Assembly (NCBI GenBank): GCA_034172985.1
Contig: JAXFDY010000189.1
Coordinates: 10,023 to 74,022, forward strand
From: Lachnospiraceae bacterium
Lineage (GTDB): Bacteria; Bacillota; Clostridia; Lachnospirales; Lachnospiraceae
Length of the DNA stretch: 64,000 bases
Reading direction: 5' to 3'
Notes under the pieces: model-generated
What the model was told of the DNA's origin: nothing
Seen by the model: the letters and a program-made list of their open reading frames with translations, nothing else
The model's database searches: none
Shown here: piece after piece, positions 1-9,256 of the stretch
Position numbering within the stretch: position 1 is the stretch's first letter
How the letters are laid out: each line of letters opens with the position of its first letter
Program-made: the position numbers and the translations under genes

Positions 1-1524
1 ATCCACATCTGCATCTGTCATAATGATAATCTTATTATATCGCAGTTTTGTAATATCAAAGTCGTTGCCATATCCTTCGGAAAATCCACAGCCGAAAGCA
101 TTGATCATTGTCTTTATCTCAGCATTGGCAAGGACCTTATCCATAGTTGCTTTTTCCACATTCAATATCTTACCGCGAATCGGCATAATTGCCTGTGTCC
201 GTCTGTTTCGTCCCATTTTTGCTGAACCGCCGGCGGAATCACCCTCTACGATAAAGACTTCACATTCTTCCGGATTTCTGCTTTCACAATTTGCCAGTTT
301 TCCGTTACTGTCAATGGAAAACTTCGGTTTACTGAGCATATTGATTTTTGCTTTTTCTTCTGCCTTTCGGATCCGGGCTGATTTTTCTGCACAGGCGATT
401 ACCTGTTTTAGTACATCAAGATGTTTATCAAAATAAAGTACCAGTTCTTCTGCCGTCACGTCGGCAGTGGCCTTTCCCGCATCGGGATTATCCAATTTCG
501 TCTTTGTCTGACCTTCAAATCTCGGGTCTGGATGTTTTACTGCAATGACTGCCGTCATGCCATTACGCACATCCGTTCCTGTAAAATTGCTGTCCTTTTC
601 TTTTAATACACCAAGTTCTCTTGCATACTGGTTTATGACAGTTGTATACTTTGTCTTAAAACCTACCAGATGGGTTCCCCCCTCCTGAGTATAGATATTA
701 TTACAAAAACCCAGCATATTTTCCTGAAATTCATCGACAAACTGAAAAGCAGCTTCGACCTCTATGCCATCCTTCATCTTTTTAAAATAGATTACATCAT
801 GAATCACTTCTTTCCCCTGATTCATATCCTTAACATAAGCCCTGATTCCTTCTTCCTCGTGATACTCTATTTTTTCATTTTCAGAAAATCGTTTATTTTC
901 AAAAATAATCGTAAGTTCCGGATTCAGATATGCAGTTTCATGAAGTCTTCCCTTGATGGCTTCTGCTTTAAAATATGTCTTATCGAATATTTCATGATCC
1001 GGCAAAAACTGTACCATTGTTCCCGATTCACTTTTTCTGCAGGTTCCGACTTCTTTTAAAGGGTACATCACTTTTCCCCGCTCGTATCTCTGCCTGTATA
1101 CAATTCCATCTTTCTTAATCGTAACCTCAAGCCACTCAGAAAGCGCATTCACAACAGAAGCTCCTACTCCATGAAGACCACCGGATATTTTATATCCGCC
1201 ATCGCCAAACTTACCGCCTGCATGCAGCATGGTGAATACAACTTCTACGGCAGGGAGGCCTGTCTTTTCGTTAATTCCCACTGGAATTCCTCGCCCGTTA
1301 TCTTCAATCACAGCTGTACCGTCTTTTTCCAGTGTAACTTTTATCTTATTGCAGTATCCCGCCAGATGCTCGTCCACAGAATTATCTACAATTTCATAAA
1401 TCAAATGATTCAATCCCTTTGTTGAAACACTGCCGATATACATACCCGGTCTTTTTCTTACTGCTTCCAGCCCCTCGAGAATAGAAATACTATTCGCATC
1501 ATAATTATTCGTTACTTTTGCCAT
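1..1524 (-). CDS. Type IIA topoisomerase B subunit (GyrB/ParE family), runs off the left edge
   Basis: Manual translation (absent from the ORF track): MAKVTNNYDANSISILEGLEAVRKRPGMYIGS...EIVDNSVDE...LHAGGKF...GGLHGVGASVVNALS...VEGDSAGGSAK...IMTDADVD (GHKL ATPase plus Toprim motifs). RBS AAGGAG upstream. gyrB vs parE-like paralog not resolved. Confidence 0.95.
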   Translation of the reverse strand, partial: MAKVTNNYDANSISILEGLEAVRKRPGMYIGSVSTKGLNHLIYEIVDNSVDEHLAGYCNKIKVTLEKDGTAVIEDNGRGIPVGINEKTGLPAVEVVFTMLHAGGKFGDGGYKISGGLHGVGASVVNALSEWLEVTIKKDGIVYRQRYERGKVMYPLKEVGTCRKSESGTMVQFLPDHEIFDKTYFKAEAIKGRLHETAYLNPELTIIFENKRFSENEKIEYHEEEGIRAYVKDMNQGKEVIHDVIYFKKMKDGIEVEAAFQFVDEFQENMLGFCNNIYTQEGGTHLVGFKTKYTTVINQYARELGVLKEKDSNFTGTDVRNGMTAVIAVKHPDPRFEGQTKTKLDNPDAGKATADVTAEELVLYFDKHLDVLKQVIACAEKSARIRKAEEKAKINMLSKPKFSIDSNGKLANCESRNPEECEVFIVEGDSAGGSAKMGRNRRTQAIMPIRGKILNVEKATMDKVLANAEIKTMINAFGCGFSEGYGNDFDITKLRYNKIIIMTDADVD

Positions 1525-1564
1525 CTCAAAACTCCTTCTGATCTTTCCATTACTACTTCCATTA

Positions 1565-1981
1565 CTACTTCAAATATTGTATCATTCCCGGCCCCAGATG
1601 TTCTGTAGGTCTTCCAATAAATCCAAACTTTTCATAAAATCTTTCTCTGCCTTTTGCACACATAAGGCAAAGCATCATTTCACTGTTTTCCATACGAAGC
1701 TGTTCTACATAACGGATGAGTCGTTCCATCATAAGTCTACCTATTCCTTCCCCCTGACAGTCAGGCTTTACAACAAAATCCTGTATATAACAGATCACAG
1801 CTCCATCCCCGACGATTCTGCCCATACCCACAGGTTTCCCATCTTTCATCGCAGTAATCGTATACAAACTGTTTTTTAATGCTTTTTCTGCCTGTTCTCT
1901 TTTTAATACTTTCCAGTGTACAGATGCCCTTATATCAAGATATGTATCTAAATCCAGACTATATTCTTTTATTTCTATCAT
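1565..1981 (-). CDS. GNAT family N-acetyltransferase
   Basis: VGMGRIVGDG...IQDFVVKPDCQGEGIGRLMM acetyl-CoA binding motif. Start moved to MIEIK because GGAG precedes it. Confidence 0.85.
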   Translation of the reverse strand: MIEIKEYSLDLDTYLDIRASVHWKVLKREQAEKALKNSLYTITAMKDGKPVGMGRIVGDGAVICYIQDFVVKPDCQGEGIGRLMMERLIRYVEQLRMENSEMMLCLMCAKGRERFYEKFGFIGRPTEHLGPGMIQYLK

Positions 1982-2028
1982 ACTTTTCTCCATTGTTTTT
2001 GCAAATTCTGCTAGTTACGCATTTCATT

Positions 2029-2057
2029 AGTATAAGCGAATTTTTTCTCTCTGTCAA
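2029..2057 (-). promoter_or_regulatory. Sigma-A-type promoter for GNAT-gyrB/parE
   Basis: Minus strand TTGACA-N17-TATACT. Confidence 0.7.
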
Positions 2058-2147
2058 ATCAAACAAAGCTGCTGTACCAAATATCCATACATCATATGCA
2101 TATACCTGATGTGATAGACATTTTGTACAACAGCCCTTATTCTTTCT

Positions 2148-2996
2148 TTAATGAATCAACCCAAAGTACAGCCACACAATGATACCCAGTACGATGCGGT
2201 ACCATCCAAATACTTTAAAGTCATGTTTTCTTATATAATCCAGCAATAACTTGATGACAAATACAGAAACAAGAAATGCTACTATCATACCTGTAAGTAA
2301 TACAGCTATCTCCATACCCGTAAAATGGAATCCAAACTTCACTATCTTTAACAAACTTGCTCCAAACATTACGGGAATAGCCAGATAAAAAGTAAAATCA
2401 GCCGCAGCTTTTCGTGAAACGCCTATCATTAATGCACCTATGATAGTTGCTCCGGAACGGGAAGTTCCTGGAAAAATAGCTGCAATCAACTGAAAGATTC
2501 CGATAATCAATGCCTGTTTGTATGTAATCTGAGAGGCCTTTAATGTGACAGGTTTCAGATTTTTATTATGATTCTCTATCACAATAAAAGCAATACCAAA
2601 CAAGATCAGCATTGTGCCAACTACATAAGAATTGTATAAATATTTATCAAGGAAATCATCCAGGGCCAGACCAACTACTGCTGCCGGTACACATGCCAGT
2701 AAAATCTTATACCATAAAATCATAATCGGCTTATCAATATGTGACCAGAATCCCTTTTTTGCATACGCTCTTTTGGGATTGTTCGTAATCGGCCAGATAT
2801 CTTTAAAATACAACAGCACAACTGCCAAAATGGCTCCCAGCTGTATAACCACTTCAAACATTTTAAAAAAATCCGGCGATACGTTTTTAAACTTAACGAA
2901 TTCCTCCAGCAAAATCATATGTCCGGTACTGCTGACAGGAAGCCATTCCGTGATTCCCTCTACAATGCCAAACAAAATAGATTTTAAAATATCCAT
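2148..2996 (-). CDS. uppP: Undecaprenyl-diphosphate phosphatase
   Basis: GIVEGITEWLPVSSTGH and PGTSRSGATI BacA motifs, multi-TM. Confidence 0.95.
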   Translation of the reverse strand: MDILKSILFGIVEGITEWLPVSSTGHMILLEEFVKFKNVSPDFFKMFEVVIQLGAILAVVLLYFKDIWPITNNPKRAYAKKGFWSHIDKPIMILWYKILLACVPAAVVGLALDDFLDKYLYNSYVVGTMLILFGIAFIVIENHNKNLKPVTLKASQITYKQALIIGIFQLIAAIFPGTSRSGATIIGALMIGVSRKAAADFTFYLAIPVMFGASLLKIVKFGFHFTGMEIAVLLTGMIVAFLVSVFVIKLLLDYIRKHDFKVFGWYRIVLGIIVWLYFGLIH

Positions 2997-3042
2997 TTTA
3001 TTGTCCTCTCTTTTCTCTCTTTCATTTATACGAATTCTCTTT

Positions 3043-3702
3043 TTAATTTATTCCACAAATATAATCCAGCAGTTCCTCTGGGGTATCTATGACACCAAGG
3101 GGTCTTAGTGCAATCAGTTTCTCCTTATCTCGGAATCCCCAGCTTACCAATACACAATCAATGCCTGCATTATCTGCGGTTTCCTTGTCCACTTCAGAAT
3201 CCCCCACATAAAGTACCTGATGTTTCTCTGCCTCCAGTTCTTGAATCACTGTCTCAACTTCATCGGGAAATGGTTTTTTTCGAACCCCTTTCTGCTCTCC
3301 TACAGCCAGATCCATACTGTCAGAAAAATAAATCTGATTCAGTTCCTGTACCGCTTCCATATTTTTATTGGAGACAATTGCCATTTTGCACTGATACTCT
3401 GTCCGCAATACATGGAGCAGCTCTGTAATTCCCGGATAGACATGGGTTTTTACCTGGCAATGGCTCGTATAGTATTCTTTAAAATCTCTAAAAATCTGCT
3501 CAAACATAGGATTTTCAACTCCCATAGGAGTTGCCCGTTCCATCAGTTTCCGAATCCCGTTTCCCACAAAACATCGTATTTCTTCCAGTGTATGAACAGG
3601 ATATCCATACTTCGCCATTATATAATTAACTCCGTCAGCTAAATCTTCCAATGTGTTTAAAAGTGTTCCATCCAAATCAAAAATCACAGTCGTATACTTC
3701 AT
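3043..3702 (-). CDS. HAD-superfamily hydrolase (phosphoglycolate phosphatase-like)
   Basis: FDLDGTLLNT motif I, VSNK, KKPFP, YVGDSEVD. Confidence 0.9.
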   Translation of the reverse strand: MKYTTVIFDLDGTLLNTLEDLADGVNYIMAKYGYPVHTLEEIRCFVGNGIRKLMERATPMGVENPMFEQIFRDFKEYYTSHCQVKTHVYPGITELLHVLRTEYQCKMAIVSNKNMEAVQELNQIYFSDSMDLAVGEQKGVRKKPFPDEVETVIQELEAEKHQVLYVGDSEVDKETADNAGIDCVLVSWGFRDKEKLIALRPLGVIDTPEELLDYICGIN

Positions 3703-3713
3703 TTTATCTCCTC

Positions 3714-5831
3714 TCAAGACAGTTTAAACATCTTATTGATGTAATCCCTTACCGCCAGATTATCTTCCGGCATTCTACATCCAACAATATAATTTCCTTC
3801 ATTATTGGAACTTCTGATAATACAGCCAACAAGGTGTCGTCCTTCTTTCAGTGGGAAATCAGAAACATCCACTTCGACATTCTTTCCCTTTACATTGGCA
3901 AATACTTCATTACTGCAGGAAAACGCAAATCCATTTGCACTGATATTTAACATCCTTCCATCAAAGGTATCCCCTGTTTCCTTTATGGTAATCTGACATA
4001 AATTTTTCAGTTCCAGTCTCTCATACTTTCTGCGGTTCATAACTTCCGGATTGGACTGAACTGCAATCTTATAACAATTTTCTGCCCGTTCCGGCTCATG
4101 AGTTGCTTTTGCATCCGCCCATTTATAAACTGTATTATTGACAACTATCGACAGACGGCATGTCTGTATCTTTTCCCTTGATTTCGGTATATTCCGGGAA
4201 TCTTTTAATGAAACAACTACCGTCTTATCCTGCTGTTCCAGAATCTCACCGAAAAATTCTGTTTCTTTCTGGTTCATTTCATCCGTGAATGCAACCGTAA
4301 CTTTCATACCAGGCGAAGCATCCTGAATTCCCATGAATCCGCCGGTTCCCAGTTCTTCCATCAGTTTTCCGATCACAGATTCGATGCTGTCCACATTTTT
4401 TGCGGATTCTTCATATTTACTCAACATCGTCTTTGTAGTGCTGTCAGCATTTTCAATTGACTCTGTCATCACCTTCATAACACCACAGATTTCTTTCATA
4501 TTGCCGACCATATTCTGATTGGAATCTTCCACCTCTTTCATGGCAGTATCCACCACCTGAATATTTTTTCCGAGTTTCACAGAATCATCCGCAATATTAC
4601 TGACACTTGAATTGACCTGATTGATTTTGTCTTTTGTAATCTGAATTAATTCCAGTGTCTTTGTTATAGATTTCGTCATTTTTTCAGATGTTTCTTCCAG
4701 GTTAGCTAATGCTCCCATGATTTTTTCAGAGGAAACCTGCGTTCCTGTACTGAGATTTCTTATTTCATCCGCCACCACTGAAAACCCTCTTCCGGCCTCT
4801 CCTGCTCTGGCAGCTTCAATTGAAGCATTTAATGCCAGCAGGTTTGTCTCAGAAGTAATGTTTTCTATGGTACCCGTCTCTTCTTTAACCATTTCAAACT
4901 CATGCAAAAATGTTTCAAGAATCTGTTCCACTTCATTTGAAAGCTGTGCCATGGTATTTGTGGTTTCTACCACATCTGCAAGCTGCGTGGAGCTGGCTGA
5001 AGAATGTTTTTCCGACTGGTGAATCAGTCCCACCATCTCCTCTATCATATCTGCCACATTTTCCACCTGAGTATTGATTTTCTCTGTCATATCCATGGAA
5101 GACATAGTTCTGTCATATAGTACATCATTATTCTGTGCCAATTCTGACATATTATCCACTACCACATTGGCTCCCTGCTTATTCTCATCAGACAGTTCTC
5201 TGACTACAGTAATACCATCTACCACTGTATTACTGGCAGTTTTTACCTGACCGATTGTAGTAATGACACGATTCAGATTATATTTAATAGAATCTGTTAA
5301 TGCTCCATCTGCCATATTTAAATGATTAATAGACATGACGAAACAGGAATAGCATAAAACAATACAGGATGCCTGCAATGGATAATTTCTTATGTCCTCC
5401 ATTGAATTCATTCCCCAGAACTGTATATGGACAAATGCATTAATAATAATAATCACAAAATTGGCAATTCCATAATAGATAAGGAAATTACGATTTTTAT
5501 ATAATACCAGCATACTTGCTAATGGCAGTATATAAATAAATGCAATCGGAGTTTCCGTGGTAAATAGTACATATGAATAGAATAGACCATATCCAACCGC
5601 TACAACTGTCCGGTAAGCCGATGTGCCCTTTCCCATTATTTTAAGAACAAAAAAGCCACACAAATATGGTATCCAGCATATTACAAGAAAAATATAAAAC
5701 CATTTCATCGGATATAGACCGTTTGACACATCCGAACCATACGATAAAGTAAGTATGGCACTTAAAATCATCCATGTAATACTTGCTTTTTTATTCGCAC
5801 TTTCTTTAAATTTCTCTTCATTGTATTCCAT
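3714..5831 (-). CDS. Methyl-accepting chemotaxis protein with N-terminal multi-TM region and C-terminal PilZN+PilZ-like module
   Basis: [36 protein letters not shown] tip; C-terminal NRRKYERL (RxxxR) and NISANG (D/NxSxxG) PilZ motifs. Confidence 0.9.
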   Translation of the reverse strand: MEYNEEKFKESANKKASITWMILSAILTLSYGSDVSNGLYPMKWFYIFLVICWIPYLCGFFVLKIMGKGTSAYRTVVAVGYGLFYSYVLFTTETPIAFIYILPLASMLVLYKNRNFLIYYGIANFVIIIINAFVHIQFWGMNSMEDIRNYPLQASCIVLCYSCFVMSINHLNMADGALTDSIKYNLNRVITTIGQVKTASNTVVDGITVVRELSDENKQGANVVVDNMSELAQNNDVLYDRTMSSMDMTEKINTQVENVADMIEEMVGLIHQSEKHSSASSTQLADVVETTNTMAQLSNEVEQILETFLHEFEMVKEETGTIENITSETNLLALNASIEAARAGEAGRGFSVVADEIRNLSTGTQVSSEKIMGALANLEETSEKMTKSITKTLELIQITKDKINQVNSSVSNIADDSVKLGKNIQVVDTAMKEVEDSNQNMVGNMKEICGVMKVMTESIENADSTTKTMLSKYEESAKNVDSIESVIGKLMEELGTGGFMGIQDASPGMKVTVAFTDEMNQKETEFFGEILEQQDKTVVVSLKDSRNIPKSREKIQTCRLSIVVNNTVYKWADAKATHEPERAENCYKIAVQSNPEVMNRRKYERLELKNLCQITIKETGDTFDGRMLNISANGFAFSCSNEVFANVKGKNVEVDVSDFPLKEGRHLVGCIIRSSNNEGNYIVGCRMPEDNLAVRDYINKMFKLS

Positions 5832-5950
5832 TTGCACGTTCCTCCCTTGTAATCAATTCTACACGAATGTATTCGATTAACAAAAATACATTGCTATAAT
5901 ACCATAAATTTGAAAATTATTCCATAGTTTTTCAAAATTTCATTCACTTC

Positions 5951-5979
5951 TTGCAATCTGATTTTTTCCGATTTATACT
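5951..5979 (+). promoter_or_regulatory. Sigma-A-type promoter for the PAS-CPBP gene
   Basis: TTGCAA-N17-TATACT. Confidence 0.6.
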
Positions 5980-6014
5980 ATATAGAAATGAAAAATCAGA
6001 AAGAAGGAAATCTT

Positions 6015-7058
6015 ATGATAAACGATTCTTATTCCGAAAACTTTTCCGGTCTCACAAAAAAACAGCGCAATGCTGTTTTCATGAATATGAGTGATGCAGT
6101 GATTACGATTAACGAAAATCAGGAAATTACATATATGAATCCTGCCGGTGAATCTATGTTTGGAATATCACTCAACGAAGCCCAAAGCAAACAGGTCAGC
6201 CAATGTCTCACAAACAAAAAAAGTAACCGCTCCTTCAACCGGCTGATACTGATGGCATTAAAAAGTTCCAAAAGCTCTGATAATGCCGTGGTTACTTTTG
6301 ATAACGGAACAACAAAAAAAGTACTGAATATACGCATCAGCAGAATTAATCCAAAAGTTCCATCCGAAGGCATCATGCTGTTAGTGGAAGACATTACGGC
6401 CAAACATAATCTAAAAAAACATGAGCGTGACTGCGCCATTATTTTTGCAGGACTGATTGTCTGTATCTGTATCTATCTCATAACATGGAGTCTTCTGGAA
6501 TTTACTTTAAATATTCATTTAAAAACAAGCAGCTATACACTGATGATTGAAGGAATCGCTTTTATTCTTTTTCTGGAGATTATTTTTTTCACCAGCATGA
6601 CACCGGGAGATATCGGTATTTTTACACGGCCAAAGAGATTACTTCAGACTTTTATGCAATCCATCCCTCTTGCAGCTGTCATATGCGCTTTAATGGTGAT
6701 CCTAAATATTATTCTCCGGGTTATGGGACATCCTGTAAAGCCTTATTTTATCGGTGGTTCCATGGAAGGTGCATATAACTATATTTTCACTGCTATTCTG
6801 CAGGAATTTTTATCAAGAGGTGTCATTCAGACTTCCGTCAAAGCCCTGATGCAGGTTCGCTACCAGAAATTTTTCAGTATTTTTCTTACTTCTCTGCTTT
6901 TTGCACTGATGCACCTTCCATTTCAGGTTCCTTTTATGGCCGGAGCCTTTCTGCTAAGTATTGTACTTGGCATCATCTATGAGAAACAGGAAAATATCTG
7001 GGGCTGTGCATTTCTCCATTGGAGCTGTGGATATCTGGCCATGTGTATGTTTTTTTAA
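6015..7058 (+). CDS. PAS domain fused to a CPBP (CAAX/Abi) family intramembrane protease-like domain
   Basis: N-terminal MSDAVITINENQEITYMNPAGESMFG...LLVEDIT (PAS); C-terminal multi-TM region with QEFLSRG, FALMH, FLHWSCG. Start placed at ATG 6015 after AAGAAGGA. Confidence 0.8.
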   Translation: MINDSYSENFSGLTKKQRNAVFMNMSDAVITINENQEITYMNPAGESMFGISLNEAQSKQVSQCLTNKKSNRSFNRLILMALKSSKSSDNAVVTFDNGTTKKVLNIRISRINPKVPSEGIMLLVEDITAKHNLKKHERDCAIIFAGLIVCICIYLITWSLLEFTLNIHLKTSSYTLMIEGIAFILFLEIIFFTSMTPGDIGIFTRPKRLLQTFMQSIPLAAVICALMVILNIILRVMGHPVKPYFIGGSMEGAYNYIFTAILQEFLSRGVIQTSVKALMQVRYQKFFSIFLTSLLFALMHLPFQVPFMAGAFLLSIVLGIIYEKQENIWGCAFLHWSCGYLAMCMFF

Positions 7059-7060
7059 AT

Positions 7061-7798
7061 TTAATAATCTACCTTCATTAAACATAATCCTTCGGGAGGG
7101 GCGGTTGGTCCTGCCATTTTGCGGTCTTTGGCCTCCAGAATATCTTTCACCTGTTCTGGTGCCATATCTCCTCTCCCCACTTCCAAAAGTGTTCCTACCA
7201 GTATCCGTACCATATTCTGCAGGAATCCCGTCCCATGAAATGTAAAATAAATATATCCTTTATTTCTCCGAATCTCTATGCGGTCTACTATCCTTACCGT
7301 TGACTTTTTCATCTTGGGATTTCCACAAAAGCTCTTAAAATCATGTTCTCCAACCAGATAAGAAGCAGCCCTCTGCATTTTGTCCACATCTACTTCTGTA
7401 TTTAATCTGGTATAATATTTTCTATTAAAAACAGGTTTTACAGGTCCATCAAAACAGGTATAGCAATAAGTCTTCCCTGCCGCTTTATACCTTGCATGAA
7501 AACGTTCTGAAGCCTCTCTTACCTCTTCTACAGCAATATCATCCGGTAAATAACGATTCATATAATCTCTTATTTCCTCCGGTGTTTTATCAATATCCAT
7601 TACGGCATTGGCAACCATGGCCCTGGCATGGACTCCTGCATCCGTTCTTCCTGCACCGATCACATCAACGAACTCTCCGCACATAATCTCTAACACTGAT
7701 TCCAGTTTTCCCTGTATCGTATCTCTATCCGGCTGATGCTCCCATCCATAATATCTTGTCCCATCATAGCAAATCGTCATTTTATAATTTTTCTTCAT
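7061..7798 (-). CDS. truA: tRNA pseudouridine(38-40) synthase
   Basis: YDGTRYYGW, GAGRTDAGVHA, GFLQNMVR, AGPTAPPEGL. Confidence 0.95.
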   Translation of the reverse strand: MKKNYKMTICYDGTRYYGWEHQPDRDTIQGKLESVLEIMCGEFVDVIGAGRTDAGVHARAMVANAVMDIDKTPEEIRDYMNRYLPDDIAVEEVREASERFHARYKAAGKTYCYTCFDGPVKPVFNRKYYTRLNTEVDVDKMQRAASYLVGEHDFKSFCGNPKMKKSTVRIVDRIEIRRNKGYIYFTFHGTGFLQNMVRILVGTLLEVGRGDMAPEQVKDILEAKDRKMAGPTAPPEGLCLMKVDY

Positions 7799-7942
7799 AT
7801 CCCATAACTCCTGTCATTAATGCTCTATTATCTTCTTGTCGTATTATATCTTTATTTATTTTTTTAGGCAACAAGAATCTTCTTGACTTTCACCGCCGGA
7901 TATATGACAATAATAATTATTATATTATAACAGAGGAATCTC

Positions 7943-9163
7943 ATGAAAACAGTAGGCTTAATTACAGAATACAACCCTTTTCACAAAGGTCATAAATTTC
8001 ACATAGAAATGTCCAGACAACTTACAGGCTCAGACTATGTCGTAGTGCTCATGAGCGGAAATTATGTCCAGAGAGGAGAACCAGCCTTTTTTGACAAGTA
8101 TCTTCGCGCCCGCATCGCTCTGGAACAGGGTGCTGATCTGGTATTAGAGCTGCCGGTTCTCTATGCCACAGGAAGTGCCGAACTCTTCGCCAGCGGCTCC
8201 GTGTCTATTCTTGACCGTCTTGGTATGATTGACAGTATCTGCTTTGGAAGTGAAAACGCATCTGTGCAGGAACTGCAGACGATTGCGGAAATTCTTGCAG
8301 AAGAACCACCGGCTTATCAGACATCTCTAAAATCTCATTTAAAATCCGGCTTATCCTTTCCCGCAGCAAGAGCCCGGGCAGTTCTTGACTATGTGGGCAG
8401 TAATAATGAAAAAATAAACCAAATATTAAGTTCACCAAATCATATTTTAGGAATTGAATATCTGAAATCCTTAAAAAAACGGAAAAGTTCCATATGTCCT
8501 TATACCATTTCCCGTATTCATTCCGGATACCATGATACGGAGGAATGCCATCGTTTTTACTCAGCCAGTGCACTGCGAAATGTCATGGATAAAGCTCTGT
8601 TTTACGACAGCCTTTCAGAGATCAGTCCCTGTTACAAAGATTTTCTCAAAGATTATGGTCCTATTACTCCAAATGATTTTTCGCTGATTTTGGGTGAGAA
8701 ATTATTAAATCAGACGGAAGATAGCCTTTCCGGTTTTCTGGATATCAGTAGAGATCTGGCTCGCTCTATTTTAAATAAACGTAATGCTTTTCAGGATTTT
8801 GACAGTTTTATTTCCCTGATAAAATCAAAGAATCTGACTTATACCAGAATTTCCCGCTGTCTGATTCATCTATTGCTGGGAATTACAAATGAACTGGCCG
8901 CAATGGAAAAAAAATGCGATGGCCCTTCTTATGTGCGTGTCTTAGGATTTCGAAAATCCAGTCAGGAATTATTAAAGAAAATCTCACCAGATATTTCCCT
9001 GCTCACTAAAATGACAGCATATGAACCATGTTTATCTACTGAATTTGACCAAATGCTTTTCCACGCAAACCTCTATGGAGATCACTTATACCGAATGGTA
9101 CTTATGAATAAATATCATACAGAAATCCCCGGAGAATTTAACCGGAAATTTATTGTATCATAG
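7943..9163 (+). CDS. tmcAL: tRNA(Met) cytidine acetate ligase (YlbM/UPF0348 nucleotidyltransferase)
   Basis: ITEYNPFHKGH (HIGH-like), MSGNYVQRGEPA, PNHILGIEY, SASALR. Confidence 0.85.
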   Translation: MKTVGLITEYNPFHKGHKFHIEMSRQLTGSDYVVVLMSGNYVQRGEPAFFDKYLRARIALEQGADLVLELPVLYATGSAELFASGSVSILDRLGMIDSICFGSENASVQELQTIAEILAEEPPAYQTSLKSHLKSGLSFPAARARAVLDYVGSNNEKINQILSSPNHILGIEYLKSLKKRKSSICPYTISRIHSGYHDTEECHRFYSASALRNVMDKALFYDSLSEISPCYKDFLKDYGPITPNDFSLILGEKLLNQTEDSLSGFLDISRDLARSILNKRNAFQDFDSFISLIKSKNLTYTRISRCLIHLLLGITNELAAMEKKCDGPSYVRVLGFRKSSQELLKKISPDISLLTKMTAYEPCLSTEFDQMLFHANLYGDHLYRMVLMNKYHTEIPGEFNRKFIVS

Positions 9164-9175
9164 GATGAGCCAAGG

Positions 9176-9225
9176 GACAAATGGACATAAAATACATGCT
9201 TGCATGTATTTTATGTCCATTTGTC
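9176..9225. repeat. Perfect 24-bp inverted repeat with 2-nt loop between convergent genes
   Basis: GACAAATGGACATAAAATACATGC-TT-GCATGTATTTTATGTCCATTTGTC read directly. Confidence 0.9.
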
Positions 9226-9256
9226 GGGTAAATCATAGTTAGAGGCTTTTGACTCT

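Noticed and set aside
23-1425. Several + strand ORFs in the ORF track
   Set aside because: All antisense to the GyrB/ParE CDS, which the track missed because it runs off the edge.
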